From NCBI GenBank assembly GCA_001949185.1, contig BDGG01000004.1, positions 1,699,620 to 1,763,619 of the forward strand: a DNA stretch of 64,000 nucleotides. Reading direction: 5' to 3'. The translations under genes were made by a program, and so were the position numbers. Under the pieces are notes generated by a model. The model made no database searches, was not told the DNA's origin, and saw only the letters and a list, made by a program, of their open reading frames with translations. The first letter of the stretch is position 1, and every line of letters starts with the position of its first letter. Shown here in pieces: positions 28,181-41,014 of the stretch. Source of the DNA: Ramazzottius varieornatus. Lineage: Eukaryota; Animalia; Tardigrada.

Positions 28181-29711
28181 CCAGACCACTGACCGGGAGG
28201 CGGTATCAGGAATCTGCCCATAACGAAAAACCGGCGTGACGCAGTACGTACAAGGTTAGAATCAAAACGGCGTGAGCCAGATTGTGCCTAACCTTCCTGC
28301 GGCTGTCTAGTTTGGTAGACAGACAAGATTTGCTGCCACAGAGCAGCAACGTAGCCACACACTCTAGTCAAGCACGAGAAATAGCCAGAGATCGGATGAA
28401 GAGTGGCGCCGGCCGGATTTTTCCTGTTTTCGGTGACTTTCTTCCTTTGTAACCCATCCGACGTAAACAGAGCCAGCTGGGCAGGAGGGGATGTGGAATT
28501 CGATCTCCCGCATTCCAGCTACAGTGGAAAACCGATTCCGAGGTGCACAGAAATAACAGAATGGCGGCATATATAGTGTGTGGGGGGCCCTATGTTATGT
28601 TGCATCGGAAAAAAACATGGCGCCATCGTACAATATTGTTTGACGTGAGTAAATACAATAATCAACTGTTGGATAATAGCGGGATTAACATAGTTCCTGG
28701 AAGAATCCTGGAAGAAGGGCTGAAGCGCCTGCGGGTCCTGGAGCTAGATTTCTTGGGCACTTCGGCATGCATGCGCAGCATCTCCAATAACCTTATTAGG
28801 ATTAAGAAGTCACTTTTTCGAAGACCTGAGGTAGCTCGCTAATTAGTATTTTCTAGTTTTCTCGAAAAAATCCACGAGCCTTCGATTCATTTTTTTCCGA
28901 TCTGGAAAACATTGTGTGTGCTCTTTTTCATCAAGAGACCAGAGGCGGAAAGGTCATTAATCAAACTGACCGGTTGCGCCTGTCGAAAGGGTTATCGAGC
29001 TTGTCGAGATGGCAAAAATTTATTGAAGCAACAGATGCGAAAGATTCTAATTTGTGAGGAAGGGACTATACTGTAGCGTTATCTGTAATGTGAGCTTCGA
29101 TAAGAAAAGCTGGGTGGTTTCAAGCCGGAAGTTAGGATTGGATTACTTTTGTGGCTAGCGATAGCGGCATTCTTTCATCCTCGCCCCATTGCGCTGGGAA
29201 ACTTCACAGTTCCAGTGTTTGTGGTGATAATTCCGACAAGCTCGAAAGAAAATGTGTCTTCTTTACCGCCTCTGACAGATGTGTTCGACTCGACTGAACA
29301 ACATCCGAGTTAGATCAGTGATCAGAATGTGTGAGGAATTTTGCGATTGTCCTTCATACGCGCGGTTTCTTAAATTCCAAGGGAGCAGGACGAAGAATCT
29401 TGGCGAAGTACAGAATCAAGACTCGAAGAAAGAACTAGTCTATGGTGACCATAATTCCAAATGCTTTTCGCCAATTAGGGTTCTCGAAGTGTTCCGGTTC
29501 CCAGAGCCACAAAGTTCGAACGTACTGTAATCTTCAACGTGGGCGTTGTATCGATATCAATATAGAATTACCAAAGCTGGAAATAGAAACATGGAGCTGG
29601 TAAAGGAGGAAGATCGACAATATGCTCCGGCGAGCCGCTGGGAAGAATGGCGCTCAGATCAATGACCCGCATTCTGAAACTATCAAAGATCTCACAGACC
29701 CTTCCACTTCA

Positions 29712-29853
29712 TCACGGAGAACCATTACGGACCTCCGTCAGGAGCTCCGTAATAAGTGATTCTACTTTCGATCATTTCGAGTCGGTTATGACAGGAGAAG
29801 TGGAATCACTCATTTCGGAGCTCTTGATGGAAGTCCGTGATAGCTTCTCGTAA
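29712..29853. repeat. Imperfect inverted repeat (57-nt arms, 28-nt spacer)
   Basis: Arm 29712-29768 versus arm 29797-29853: 43/57 complementary by manual alignment; nearly all differences are transitions. Confidence 0.85.
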
Positions 29854-30158
29854 CGACTTTCTATATGACTTTACGTAAATTAAGAAAAGTGCGAAATGCA
29901 CCGCGTCCGACATGAGCGATAACGCGACACAACATTCGGTTGATTGAAATATATGGTGGTTTGAACGGAAGACCCGGAAATACAGTGCGGGAGCAACCAG
30001 GAAGGAACACGAAAACTCCGAAATTTATTAACTGACGTAATCCCTGTATATTCCCGTAAACGACTACGGCGGTCCTGTGTTATTTTATATCCGTTCTGCA
30101 AACTGAACGAAATGATGAGAGGAATATACATGTAGAACTTTCGTCAAGAAATTACGAG

Positions 30159-33100
30159 TTATGAGGTAAATTCTACTTCCTCGTTCCAGCCAGTAATCAG
30201 AAATACGTGATGGGTCCGGAGATTGCTCCTCTTCCGAGATGACTTTTTCCGTGATGGTTTTTTCCAGTTATGGTAATGGAAAATTTTCGTAAAGAGCAAA
30301 AACGCGCCAGTTACGAGAAGTGGAATCGCTGCATAAGCTTGTGCGGCTAGTGACAATGCCTGCATCACAAAGCGTTGTTCCACTTGGCCAAAACGTAGAA
30401 TATTTTCGGCCAAAACGATGTCTCGTTTGCAGTAGGACGTTTGTTCCATTTTTGAAGAGGAGTCACCGATCGAACTTGTGCAAGACATCTGCTGTATGAG
30501 GAAGGATAATGTCTGGTGGAACCGGACTACTGTCAGGTCTATGGGACAGATCTGTTCCGGCATCTTCCGCTACGGCCTGGACTATCCTTTATGTCGCATG
30601 CTTCTGGTTTTCTTCCATGCAGCCCGTCTCCAGAAAGACTCGTCTTGACCCGGAAAGACCCATACTTATCTGCAGCTCTTCCAAGAGAATGACGCCTCTC
30701 GAAACCACGAGTATCCAAACTTATTGGAACCACATCGTTAACAAGTGCTGTCGGGTAACCATTGATAACCATACCTCTGGATTCTGACGTCTGGTTTTCC
30801 GCACGATTGCGCCACGTGGCCAGCTCGTTTTATCATTTTGCGATGACGTCATGCGGGACTGTTTTGGAATGCTCAGATTTCGCTTCCTGCTGGCTGCTGC
30901 TGCTGCTGCTGCTGATCTGTCAGTACTTCTAGTGCAGCGGGAATCTATCAAGCTTTGCGGAATCTACTATACTGTTGCTCCTACAACATTGTCATAAGTG
31001 CGAGCACGTTCCATAAAATCTGTAGTACTTTGCAGGTTGGTGAAGAAAACAATACGTTCTGCGTTCTATCAATAGACTCGTTTTGAGTTTTGTTCTTTCA
31101 GGGGCCATCTGACAAAGACCGAAAGACGTTCGCCGATAAACCCCAGCTCCTCTGCGAACGAATCGTCGAGCTAAACAGCAACCTGGTTCGCGACGGAAAC
31201 CTCGGCCTGGCGAAGGTACTATTTCACCGTTCGATACTGTAGCTTTTCCAGGATAAGCATATTCCATCAGTTCTCACCTTGAAACTAATTTTGTTGACGA
31301 GTTAACGTTCTTTGTACATGCCTTCTGGACTCGTCATGTTCCGAGAATCTAACACAACCGATTCACTGTTTTTTACTTAGGTAAGCCGTAGCCTTAACTC
31401 TGCCTCTACGCAGCTAGAGCGGGGGGTACCCCGGCTGGAGACTAGGATGCATATGCATAACCCGCAGTGCTATTCGAACTTCAGCAGCTGGCAGACAGTG
31501 ATGCTTCTGCCTTGCTGACCTTTGTTCGGTACGTGATCCGTTCTTTCGCGCTAATTCTTCTGTCTCGCGGCCGCGGTACAAAAACTCACCGAGGTAGAAA
31601 TTTTTAGCCTTCACACAGCAAGCGAAACACGAGAAGGCCGAAGCTAATTTCCAGATTTGTAGTGAGGCTTCAGCGGTTACCGGAAAACGGACTTCCTGCA
31701 AGATGCTTCTTGTTTCTCAAGAACGAGATCAAGAGTGGTTTCTGCTTGGACACTTCGATGCAGTATCGTCACGAAGGCAAGTCCTTCAGTGAAACTCCAT
31801 CGGCATTTGGATTGATGTGTTTCTTCGGAAACCTCAAGCGTGGATGGCTTTGCAGGTTCGGACACCGTGACACATTTCACCGATTGGTCATCGTTCCTGC
31901 GATTGCCTGAGATTCCCGCAGCACGCTCGGGTATAGTTCTTGAGCCACTGCCACGAATGATTTGGAGAAGAATCAGTAGAACGTACTCCAGGTGTACGTC
32001 ATCCCAAAGGACCGAATCGCGGACTCCCTAAACGAGGCAGGGTTAGTGATTCTCGCCTAGGTCTTCGCTTTCCGCAGTTGGCACTCCGAAAACGAGTACC
32101 TTGAGGTAGCTGGCGAGGAACGACACATGATTGCGAGCTATTTCGCCAAGTTCGCGGGCTGTCGTTGTTCGAGAAAATGGGGGTTTCAGCAGCGAGCTGC
32201 TCTTCCGGTACGCTTCCGGCTTGTCATCGTAAGACGTCGCTTGATGGTACAGGTCTATCACCTCCTGAAACAAACCATTAACAAGGTAAGTTCTGCATTA
32301 CAGCTGAGGCCTTTTGGGAATTTAGATGATTTATCTTATCGTTGATTGTGGAAATTGTTTGAAGTTCTTCCGGGTATTATTTTGTTTTCAGGAAAACGCA
32401 GAGAGGCAAAACGACTTGCAGGGGCAGTTTGACTTACTCGCTGGGACCAGAACTTGATTAGGCTAATCATAATCTGTTCCGGACAGATCAGCGCACCGCC
32501 GCTTCGCTGTTCACGCAACCTTCTCAAGGTCTGAATGAATATCGCATGTCGCAAGTAGAGCTTGTCGGCAACCTGTACACCCTCTATATGTACGAGAGGC
32601 TCGGGTGTATCTGCAGCTCGGTATTGTTGCAGTAGATTGAGATAGATTGTCTCCCTATAAATAAGTTCGTCCAACAAAGCACCTGAAGAGCTGCGTGGTG
32701 GACAGCTGGGTGCGGCCAGTGTGCGCGAGGAGCTTGACGAAGGACATCTCGAGTACTCTGGACTGCCAGTCGGGGAGTTTGATCTTGGGAGGTCTTGTTG
32801 ATGGTCTTCGTAAGCGGAGGAACATTCTATTGAATCGGACATGCATCCACTGTCGTCGTTGTTTTCCACTATCGGGGTTTCGTCGTGAGGTTCCGGCATT
32901 TCCGGTTCGCCTTCCGTTTTGAGGCGAAAGTCTTCGGCACTTCCTGGTGATTCGTCTGATGTTTCGGGTTCAACAGCCGAGGTCTCCGAGCTTTTCAGCA
33001 GCGTCAGATATTTAGCTTCCAGGGCTTCATGGGATAGGTTCAGGCTCAGAACCGTCTGTGCCAAAAAAGTCACTTGCTCCTGTAAATGGATAAATGTTTA

Positions 33101-33400
33101 TCTTTCAATAGTACCGTATCACGTGACTTTTTACTCCACATACCTTTAGGCTCTCCATGTCCGTGCTGCAAGAACACGTTTTTCGGCCTTCCGGTGCGGA
33201 TGGGGAACTTCGTTCCAAGGATTGCAAATCCTCGAGAACATCACGCAAGATATCCAGTCCGGACTCCAAATATTCCTGGGAAAAACGAGCTTGCAGTTAC
33301 GTAACTTCCGTTTACCGGTTACACCTTGATTTCTGGGAAGTTATTCGCGACGAAGCGGACTTACCGTTGAGTCAAATTCTGATGAACCGGAGGAGCTCAT
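30159..33400 (-). CDS. Multi-exon gene with N-terminal coiled coil and a divergent DH (RhoGEF)-like segment; 3' exon structure uncertain
   Basis: In-frame exons run from ATG 33400 (MSSSGSSEFDST|EYLESGLDILRDVLEDLQSLE...|EQVTFLAQ...) to about 31681. LLDELIYRETIYLNLL resembles DH conserved region 1 (EL..TE..YV..L). Further open segments reach about 30.2 kb but could not be joined confidently. Confidence 0.45.
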
Positions 33401-35168
33401 CTTCCCGGTTACTTTCCGGTTTCTTCCGAGCCCTCTTTATCCGAAGGTACACTAGTTGTTCGACCGTAAAAAGGTGCAGGTAAAGAGGAAACAGAAATAC
33501 ATGCGCATCAACCGCGGGTTATGTTCGCAAAACCAGAGATAACACATGATACAGACACGTTTTGAGTAGCAACAAATATATATGGTCTGAACAAAAATAT
33601 GCGGATACTGCCCGCACTAGTTACGGTTGAAGAGCCGGTCGCGCGTTAGCTTGCGAGTGAAACCGGCAATCATAAGAAACTTGCAAGCGGCAGATCATTG
33701 ACAAGTGCCTACTGGGCGTACATCACTTAGAATGACCGCTGGTTCGTGCAGCACATAAATGTGCTGTTTTCCTAATTCGTTAAGCTCCAACTCAACGCTG
33801 GCACAAGATAGATGTAACACCTCTTTGTATCGGATTATAGACCACGTACAACTTTCGCGCTCCAATAGTGAAAGCTGATACCAACTTGAGGACAAAGATA
33901 TGTGACTTCATGGTACCTTCATATGGCGAAATACAATGGGAAAAATCAGCTGCAAGTAAACTGATCAGACATCGGATATTCTTGCGTGTCCGTCAAGGTT
34001 TGAGGATTGTGTACGAAGCTGAGCGGATTGACATGATCTATAATGTGCTTGGTTTGTGTACCGTGAAGCTCGGAGCAGAACCTTGCTCGCCCACTGTGCG
34101 AACTCGATTTAACTACCGCCAACAAAGTCTAATCATTTAATGAGTATAAATAAACCTGACACCCAACGGCGATAGTTGCCTTTTTCAAGGCTTCTGATTT
34201 GAATGACATAATCTCCGTGAAGGTCTTGTGGCTAAAAGCAGCGCCAGAGCTCTCAAGGACCAACCACGCTGCATGGTAACTTCCGTTTCGTTTGTGGAGA
34301 TACAGTACTTCAGGGAAATGCAACAAAGAACCGTAACCTCGCTAAACGAAACCGGATAATCGAAGTACATGTTGTTCGAATTCATATTCATTAGTTTAAA
34401 TTGTCATTTGTACATACTATACTTGCAAGCAAAAAAGGAAGCCGTCTGTTGTGTACGGACGATTTTAGACGGCGTAATGTAAGAAAGGAAGCATGTGATG
34501 CAGCGGAGAAGTTATTCGCGCTCCGCAACGTCAAGGGGTTATGTGATCTGTCGTTATAATCAAATTATTTTTCATATGTTTTTGCAGATATTGATTTGGG
34601 CCAGAGACCGAAAAGATTTCCGGGCAATGAAGAATTGGCACGTTTCATCGGAAGAGATGACGTTGGTCGGCGATCAGACAAGATGTCTGCCCTGCGCAAA
34701 TACCCGGACTTCCAAGCTATCGTGCTACAGAGAGGGCGCAATCACTTCCGGGATCCTCTAATCAAAGTCCCGTAAATAAGATTTCTTTAATTTGTTTTGC
34801 GGAGAAGACGTTTACCTGTGCTCTCCAGACGTCTCTAAATGCACGGGTGCGCAATGGAAACGCCACAGTGCGGAGAGCACGAAGGTACGTCGAGCGGAAA
34901 GGGAGAAGTGGGTGTCCTTTTCCGCTAATATGACAATCTGGTGCGCACAGGAAAGACTTTCGATTGTCAATGCGTCAAAGTGGAACCCCAACTTGGATCC
35001 ACAGTTACGAAACCGAGGTACGTAACCACCGCAGCGTTTTCGGGTACGCAGAAGTACGTACTGCAGTCCGATGACGGTTCAGTTTGCTACTCCCAGTACC
35101 ATATGAATGAGAAAGGTATTGCGTAGGTTATGAATGGAGGAGCGTGCAGAAGCCGGAGCTCCTGCCCG

Positions 35169-35540
35169 TATAAAAGATCCAAGTCTCAACTCGGAAACAC
35201 TAGTTCTTCCAAGCCGGGCTTGGTGAGTTAGATTCTTCATCTGGCATTCTGTCCTTCCCTGGTCAACTGTAGAGGTAAAATGTATCGGCATTGCTATTCA
35301 ATTATCTGGTACGCCTCTCTGTTACATAGCTAGTATAATTGGTTTTTCTTTACCCGATATTAACTGTCTAGATTTTGTTGATTTTTAGACAATGCAACGA
35401 TGTGACACCCATCCAACACGTTGATGTGACTATCGAAAAAACCATGGTTCTTTCTCCCATCTTACATCCATCTTTGGAAGGACAGATGCCATTTGAATGA
35501 CGCTACCTCCCTCAAGCTCCACGTTGGACCAGCAACAGAG
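35169..35540 (+). promoter_or_regulatory. TATA box and two probable non-coding 5' exons of the IGF-like peptide gene
   Basis: TATAAAAG at 35169; donor g|gtgagt at 35223; exon 35389-35540 bounded by ttttag and gag|gtaagt; strong acceptor at 38792 preceding the ILP ATG. Linkage to the ILP is inferred. Confidence 0.5.
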
Positions 35541-38500
35541 GTAAGTTCTTCAGGAATCATGCTTGCCTACAGAAGTTGCAGAGCGTCGTTCCACGGCTCA
35601 AAGATGTCGATAGTTTCGGGGTGGCGGTGAGGAGCGAGTACTTGAAACTTGCGCAGAATGGTTCCTTTACTTAGTCAGACAAGCGATTTGCTCGACCAGT
35701 TTGGAAGACTCTAGAGACACATCCATGCAGGACCTCCGTACTAGTAGTAGTAGTATCAATTGTCCACAACCATACACCCATGAAATTATCTAGAAATGTT
35801 TGTTGCTGGTAGGAGGGTGGGTTCCTTCCGTTGTTGAATTCGCATAGCGAAAGATCTTTGGGGTCCCCGATTTTCTTGGCATGAGAGGCAGAGAGTCATT
35901 GTTTGTGTGCCGGTGGTGAGCAATAATTCCCGCTTGAATCAACAGCTCGAAGGGATAGGCTAGAGCTGTTGGCTTGGGGATGGGCTATTGATGCCGTATA
36001 TCGAGGAAGACGCCGCAATAGTTATAAAAGCGTAAAATCGGCGTAGTGATCACCATCGACGTCTGCCACAATTGTTTGTGCAAAATGGACTGGAATGGTA
36101 CCAAGTCGGGCGACAAAGTCAGTAAACAAATCCATTTAATAAGCTCCACTAATTATACGATAATAGGCAAGCTGTGCTCATGATGACGCGGCGACGCCCA
36201 TTTCAATGTGTTAACGACTTTCTATCAGGAAGCCGCAAGAATATTCTTCGAAAATCATCATTTTTCATTTTGTTTTATTTACTAGAATTCAAAGAACAAA
36301 AATGCGGTTTCAAGTATCTGGTTTCTGTACCATTTGGCTGACGAAGGAAATTGGGACGCCGGCGAAAAAGATAGCTTTCAGATTGATGTTCCAACTGGCG
36401 CATGTCATCGTTGTTACTGGCCGAAAGTGGGCTTTGGAAAGCGATCTGGGTAACTTCGTTCGCCGACGTTCTGTTAATCGATGGCCGTTAAATAATTGGA
36501 GTATCCTCCCCACGACAGCATTTTTCTCACGCAACTATCCTGCCCTATCATTGGAAATTTACAACTAAACTTGACACCTGATGTCTTTCGGAAGCACCAA
36601 AACAACAAGTCAATTGAGGGTGCCGACATCACAGGCCATTGTTTGCGTGCAGTCTAATGCAAGGTCGTATTATGCTTACCACGAAGGAAGAATGGTGGAT
36701 CTGAGCTATCAGCTGCCGCAAGTCACGCAACCCAAATCTTCAGCTACTCACGTGAAAAACAAATTCACGTCAATGAGCTAAGGAACAGCTAGAGTATCTC
36801 CACCGAAAGTCTTCACTCTGGGCGAGTTATTACGCGACCTTATGGCCGATACCAGTATGTCGTTTTTGAGTGTCGGTACAGGCCGTACAGCCTACAAGGT
36901 CTGTTTACTTTGCGGGCCAGCAATTTTGGTTAGCAATTAGGCCTAATTAGGAGGTTTTGTTGACCAGATGATAGGGAGGATTTCGGCCTCTTTCATCTAT
37001 CAATAAAGACCATATAATTTATTATGTCGTGCTTGATTGAGACTACATGAGCAACGTTATGGCCCTCTTGCCGCCAAGCTTCCTGTGTACTCTATTCGGG
37101 ACGAGCGGACGATGGCGACCAAGTAAAGCACGCCGCCTGTTTTGTCGACACACTGAAGAAAATATTATGCTCGAAAGTAAAACCAGCTTATAGCTTCAAC
37201 TGACTGCCCGAAACCGCCTTTCGCAGAAACGGGAACAGCCGTTGTCCAAAGGAGGGAATAGTTGCATCCAAACGGGATAAACAAGTGGTGTTATGATGTT
37301 ATGAATTTAAAGAGTGGAGATATTTTGAACTGGGCGTTGTCTACTAGTGAAAAGATGTTTTGCTTCCGAACGCATTCATCCGTTCTAATGGTAACGTCCC
37401 GAAGGAGGCGATAGAGGGGACATGACGGTTAACAGGGTCAAAGAAGGAATTTCGGTTCAATCATACGTTTCTTTTGATCCCCATCCTGCAGCTGCCGCAG
37501 TTAGCCATAAGACCGAACATGCGTAAAATTACACCTTCGATACTGTAAACAAATCGAGCGGGAATTTTGACCACCGGCTTGGGGAGGGCCCAAGCGCCCA
37601 ACCCAGGACCTTTCTGTCGTCGAAGCGTCCGGCGGCTACTTCAAACTTCACTCAGGGAAGTGTGATGTTCACCAGCAGGCTGTGCAAGGAGATAGGACTG
37701 TCGTCCAGTCACGAAGACCACCACAAGGCACCGCCCTATTCTATCTTGCTATGTCGAGTTTTGGCTGTACAGTACTCGTACCGCACGAGATCTTCCAGGT
37801 CTTGCCTGGGCCGAGCAGCCGACAGACTTCGACCAGTGTCTGGTTCATCGCACTGATGTCGAGACAGTTTTCCGCGCTGAACCGAGCAGTGATGAGCGAA
37901 GAGTGGACTCTAGTTGAACTTGTATTCGAAGCAGCCTTCTTAGACGCAAGCGTCCATTTTGTGTTTTGAGAAGGTCTGACTCTTCTGGCGACCTCACAGG
38001 AACTTTGGGGTGCCCTACTCACTGTGCGCATTAGTTGAATTAGAGACGAACGTTTTGAACAGTTTCATTTGACTGCGACGCGCAGCGAAATTTGCTGATC
38101 TATCGAATTTTGGATTTATTCTCCAACGAACCGCCAACGGAATAGCCATTCTTTCGAATCAAGCTGGTACGTGAGGAATTCGAGCCGGTTCTGATTGGTT
38201 TTCCGCGCATCTATTTCTTCGACTAGTTTTTCAGAATTCAAAAAATGCTGAGTTTAAAATAGGTCAGGTTACCACTTCCGCGTGGCGATGTCGTTAATTT
38301 GTTGGAACAACGCTCATGTATTGAATTCAACTGGTCGCCAAAAATAAGCTAAAGGGTTCCGGGAGTACCGCGTACATTAGATATGGCTTCTGGAAAAGGT
38401 CTTGTTTTTGACTTTGAAGTATAATGGTCGCTGGCCGTGGGACAGTGCTATTCGATTGTCATCAAACCAGCGCTAATCGTCAAGCAAGTGTTAGAGCTGG

Positions 38501-38887
38501 AACAGGCACGCCACGCTACAGACAAGACTATGGCGGCCCTAAATTGTCTTAATTAGCTACTTCTTGAACTCGGCCATTGGCTCGCTGCATAAACACAACA
38601 CCTTTGATAAAGCCATGCCGCTTTTTCTTTTTATTACCCATTCCGCCCTGCAGTCCTCTGGCGCTAGAACTGTCGAATGTTTACCTCCCTTCTCCCATTT
38701 GAAATGCTGAATATCGGTGCAGCTGTTCACCGAAGAAATTTCAAGACATTTCTGCCTTTAGCAGTTAATATCCGTCACTTTTTTCTTCGCAGATTTTCAT
38801 GCAAGTGTGATTCAAAAAACTTCGACTCGGATCTTCAGATCTCTTCTTCGAACGTGTGAAGACCTTCCTCCAACGAACCCAGCGAAC

Positions 38888-39563
38888 ATGCTGGTCTGCA
38901 CTCGCGACCGCCTGTTTTCAGTTCTTTTTCTCTTCTTTGCGCTCCTGACCGCTCCCTGCTTGGGAGCTCCTGCCAAGCAGTTCTGTGGCCAAGGCTTGGC
39001 TAACATACTAAAGATGTTATGTAATGGGGCATACAACGACAAATCCGGTACGTCCTTCTGAATCCTGGTACTCAAATCTGCCAGAGCCCTTCGTTCACTG
39101 TCGTTCTCCTTCAACAGGTCTAGCGGATAAAGGGGTATCAGATCAAGACGACTATGTTGGAGTTTCCCAAGAGTGTTGTAAATCCGCTTGCACTATAACA
39201 CAGCTCGCTAGCTATTGCGCCACAAAACCGGCGATGGATCTTGTATTCAGGGCCATATCCACGATGAACAGCGATGATGTAAGTGGCTTATTCCTCCTTC
39301 AGAAACTTGGGTTCAACTTAACTTGTTCCCTCCGTTTTGATTTTGATGACCTCTTTAAGTCTGTTTCATTATGTGTATTTTGTAAATTGTAGTCGGCAAA
39401 GGGATCAAAACTGAGCTCGTCAGGTGGCGCTGCAAAGCCGGCGGGACCTTCGAAAACGGGAGGTCGATTCCAAGAAATTGGAAGAGATGGTTTTGACTTA
39501 TCTTCTCTACTGGACCGAAGTTTAGCGGAGTATGAATCCTTCCCTACTCGTCAAAAGAGGTGA
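38888..39563 (+). CDS. Insulin-like peptide precursor, IGF-type architecture
   Basis: Exons 38888-39047, 39118-39278 and 39393-39563. Signal peptide (LFSVLFLFFALLTAPCLG), B chain QFCGQGLANILKMLC, short C segment, A chain GVSQECCKSACTITQLASYC (CCx3Cx8C) and a long C-terminal extension. The exact 3' end is less certain. Confidence 0.9.
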
Positions 39564-41014
39564 TTCTCTTGTCCCACGTACCCCAACGATGTCATGCAAT
39601 CTTCGGTTACAAATGACCCCGTACGCCACATGGTCTGCAAAGCCAGATCAATCCTTTCTCAATACTCCTTTGGAGCCAACCAGCCTAGCCAGCCACCACA
39701 TAGCCAGAGGTTCCCCAGAAAGACAGTTTCCGGCTCTGAAGTGTCATTTGCGCTCCCTCGCAGCACTGAAGGAGCGCGGAACGGTCGTATCCCCCATCCC
39801 AACGCGGTCTCTGTTCCCGATGCCAGTCAGCGATTACTCACCCTGTCCCAACTTCAGATCTCATGATCTCACTTCATGAAATACTCCAAACACAGTTCTT
39901 CGGGAACTCATCTTCGCTTCAGCCCAGCCTTCAGCCAACTGTGGATCAGCAAACTTTTCGTTTCCGTTACAACTATGCGAATTAGTATTTCTTGCGTGTG
40001 GGCAACGCCCAGCAAGCTTTATTTCTTATGATTTTACAGCAAGTGTTCCTTGCCTTTCCTTAATAATTTATTGACCTGCCAGACAATGATTGTGGCTTAA
40101 GAATACTAGATATACCCTCTTCCCCAAACGCAAATCGCTGTCAAACCGGTGCTTGATGACACTGAGTGTTCTATAAAACGTTTACCTTATTTTATCTTCT
40201 CAAATTGAATATCATTCATCAAGTGGTCCAAGGTCCTTTTTTGGTCAAAACACGCCATAAAAGCTTCGAAGACGGCACAGTATCATAGTGCCGTGTCTTA
40301 CGAGTTATCACGCTTATGATCACCAGTGAAGGGTCTACCCGAGTAACCCGACTCGGTCAAGTTCCCTCCCTAGTGATGTCACTGATTGGCCAAACAGCGC
40401 GAAAGAGTTCTTTTCTAAAGTAGTATTTCCTTAGATCCATGAGCTGGAACGTTGGAACAAACTGAAAGCTGTGCACAGTTCAGACCGTTTGCGAAGAAGG
40501 AAGAACTGCGCGAAGAACTTCTGGCGTTGGCCAAGAGTGACAAGACAAGGCTGTGGTTCCTCCTCGGTTCCATGACGTCAAACTTTCATGACGTAACGGA
40601 TTCTTCTGCTAGTTGATTTATTCCTCGCTTGATTTAACGAAGAGACAGTTCACCTGACTTCCGTTCCGTACGTGTACTTCTGTTCTCTCTCTCTTCCTCA
40701 TTCTCATTCGTGCCACTTCTCTGCAAGTATCCGGATCATTCACTCACTTTGCAGATCACCGCCAGCTTGTGGACGACGTGGAACGTGGGGGTATGGCTAT
40801 AGTGGGCTTGGAATCTGGGTGAACTGACATGCTCTATGTGCATCGCCTGACTTAACCATTTAACCATTACCTCTATTACGATCTCCTCTGCACCGGCCGA
40901 TTCTTCTTCCCGAACTTGCTCGTGAGTACTAGGTTAGAAAGGTGTTACTTTGCGTTTTAGCTCCATTTGCGAACCGGATTGTCGTAGAAGAGGGCTGATG
41001 GATCAACCGACGCC

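Noticed and set aside
30893-30913. (GCT)7 microsatellite
   Set aside because: Ordinary short triplet repeat, probably poly-Ala or poly-Gln in an exon.
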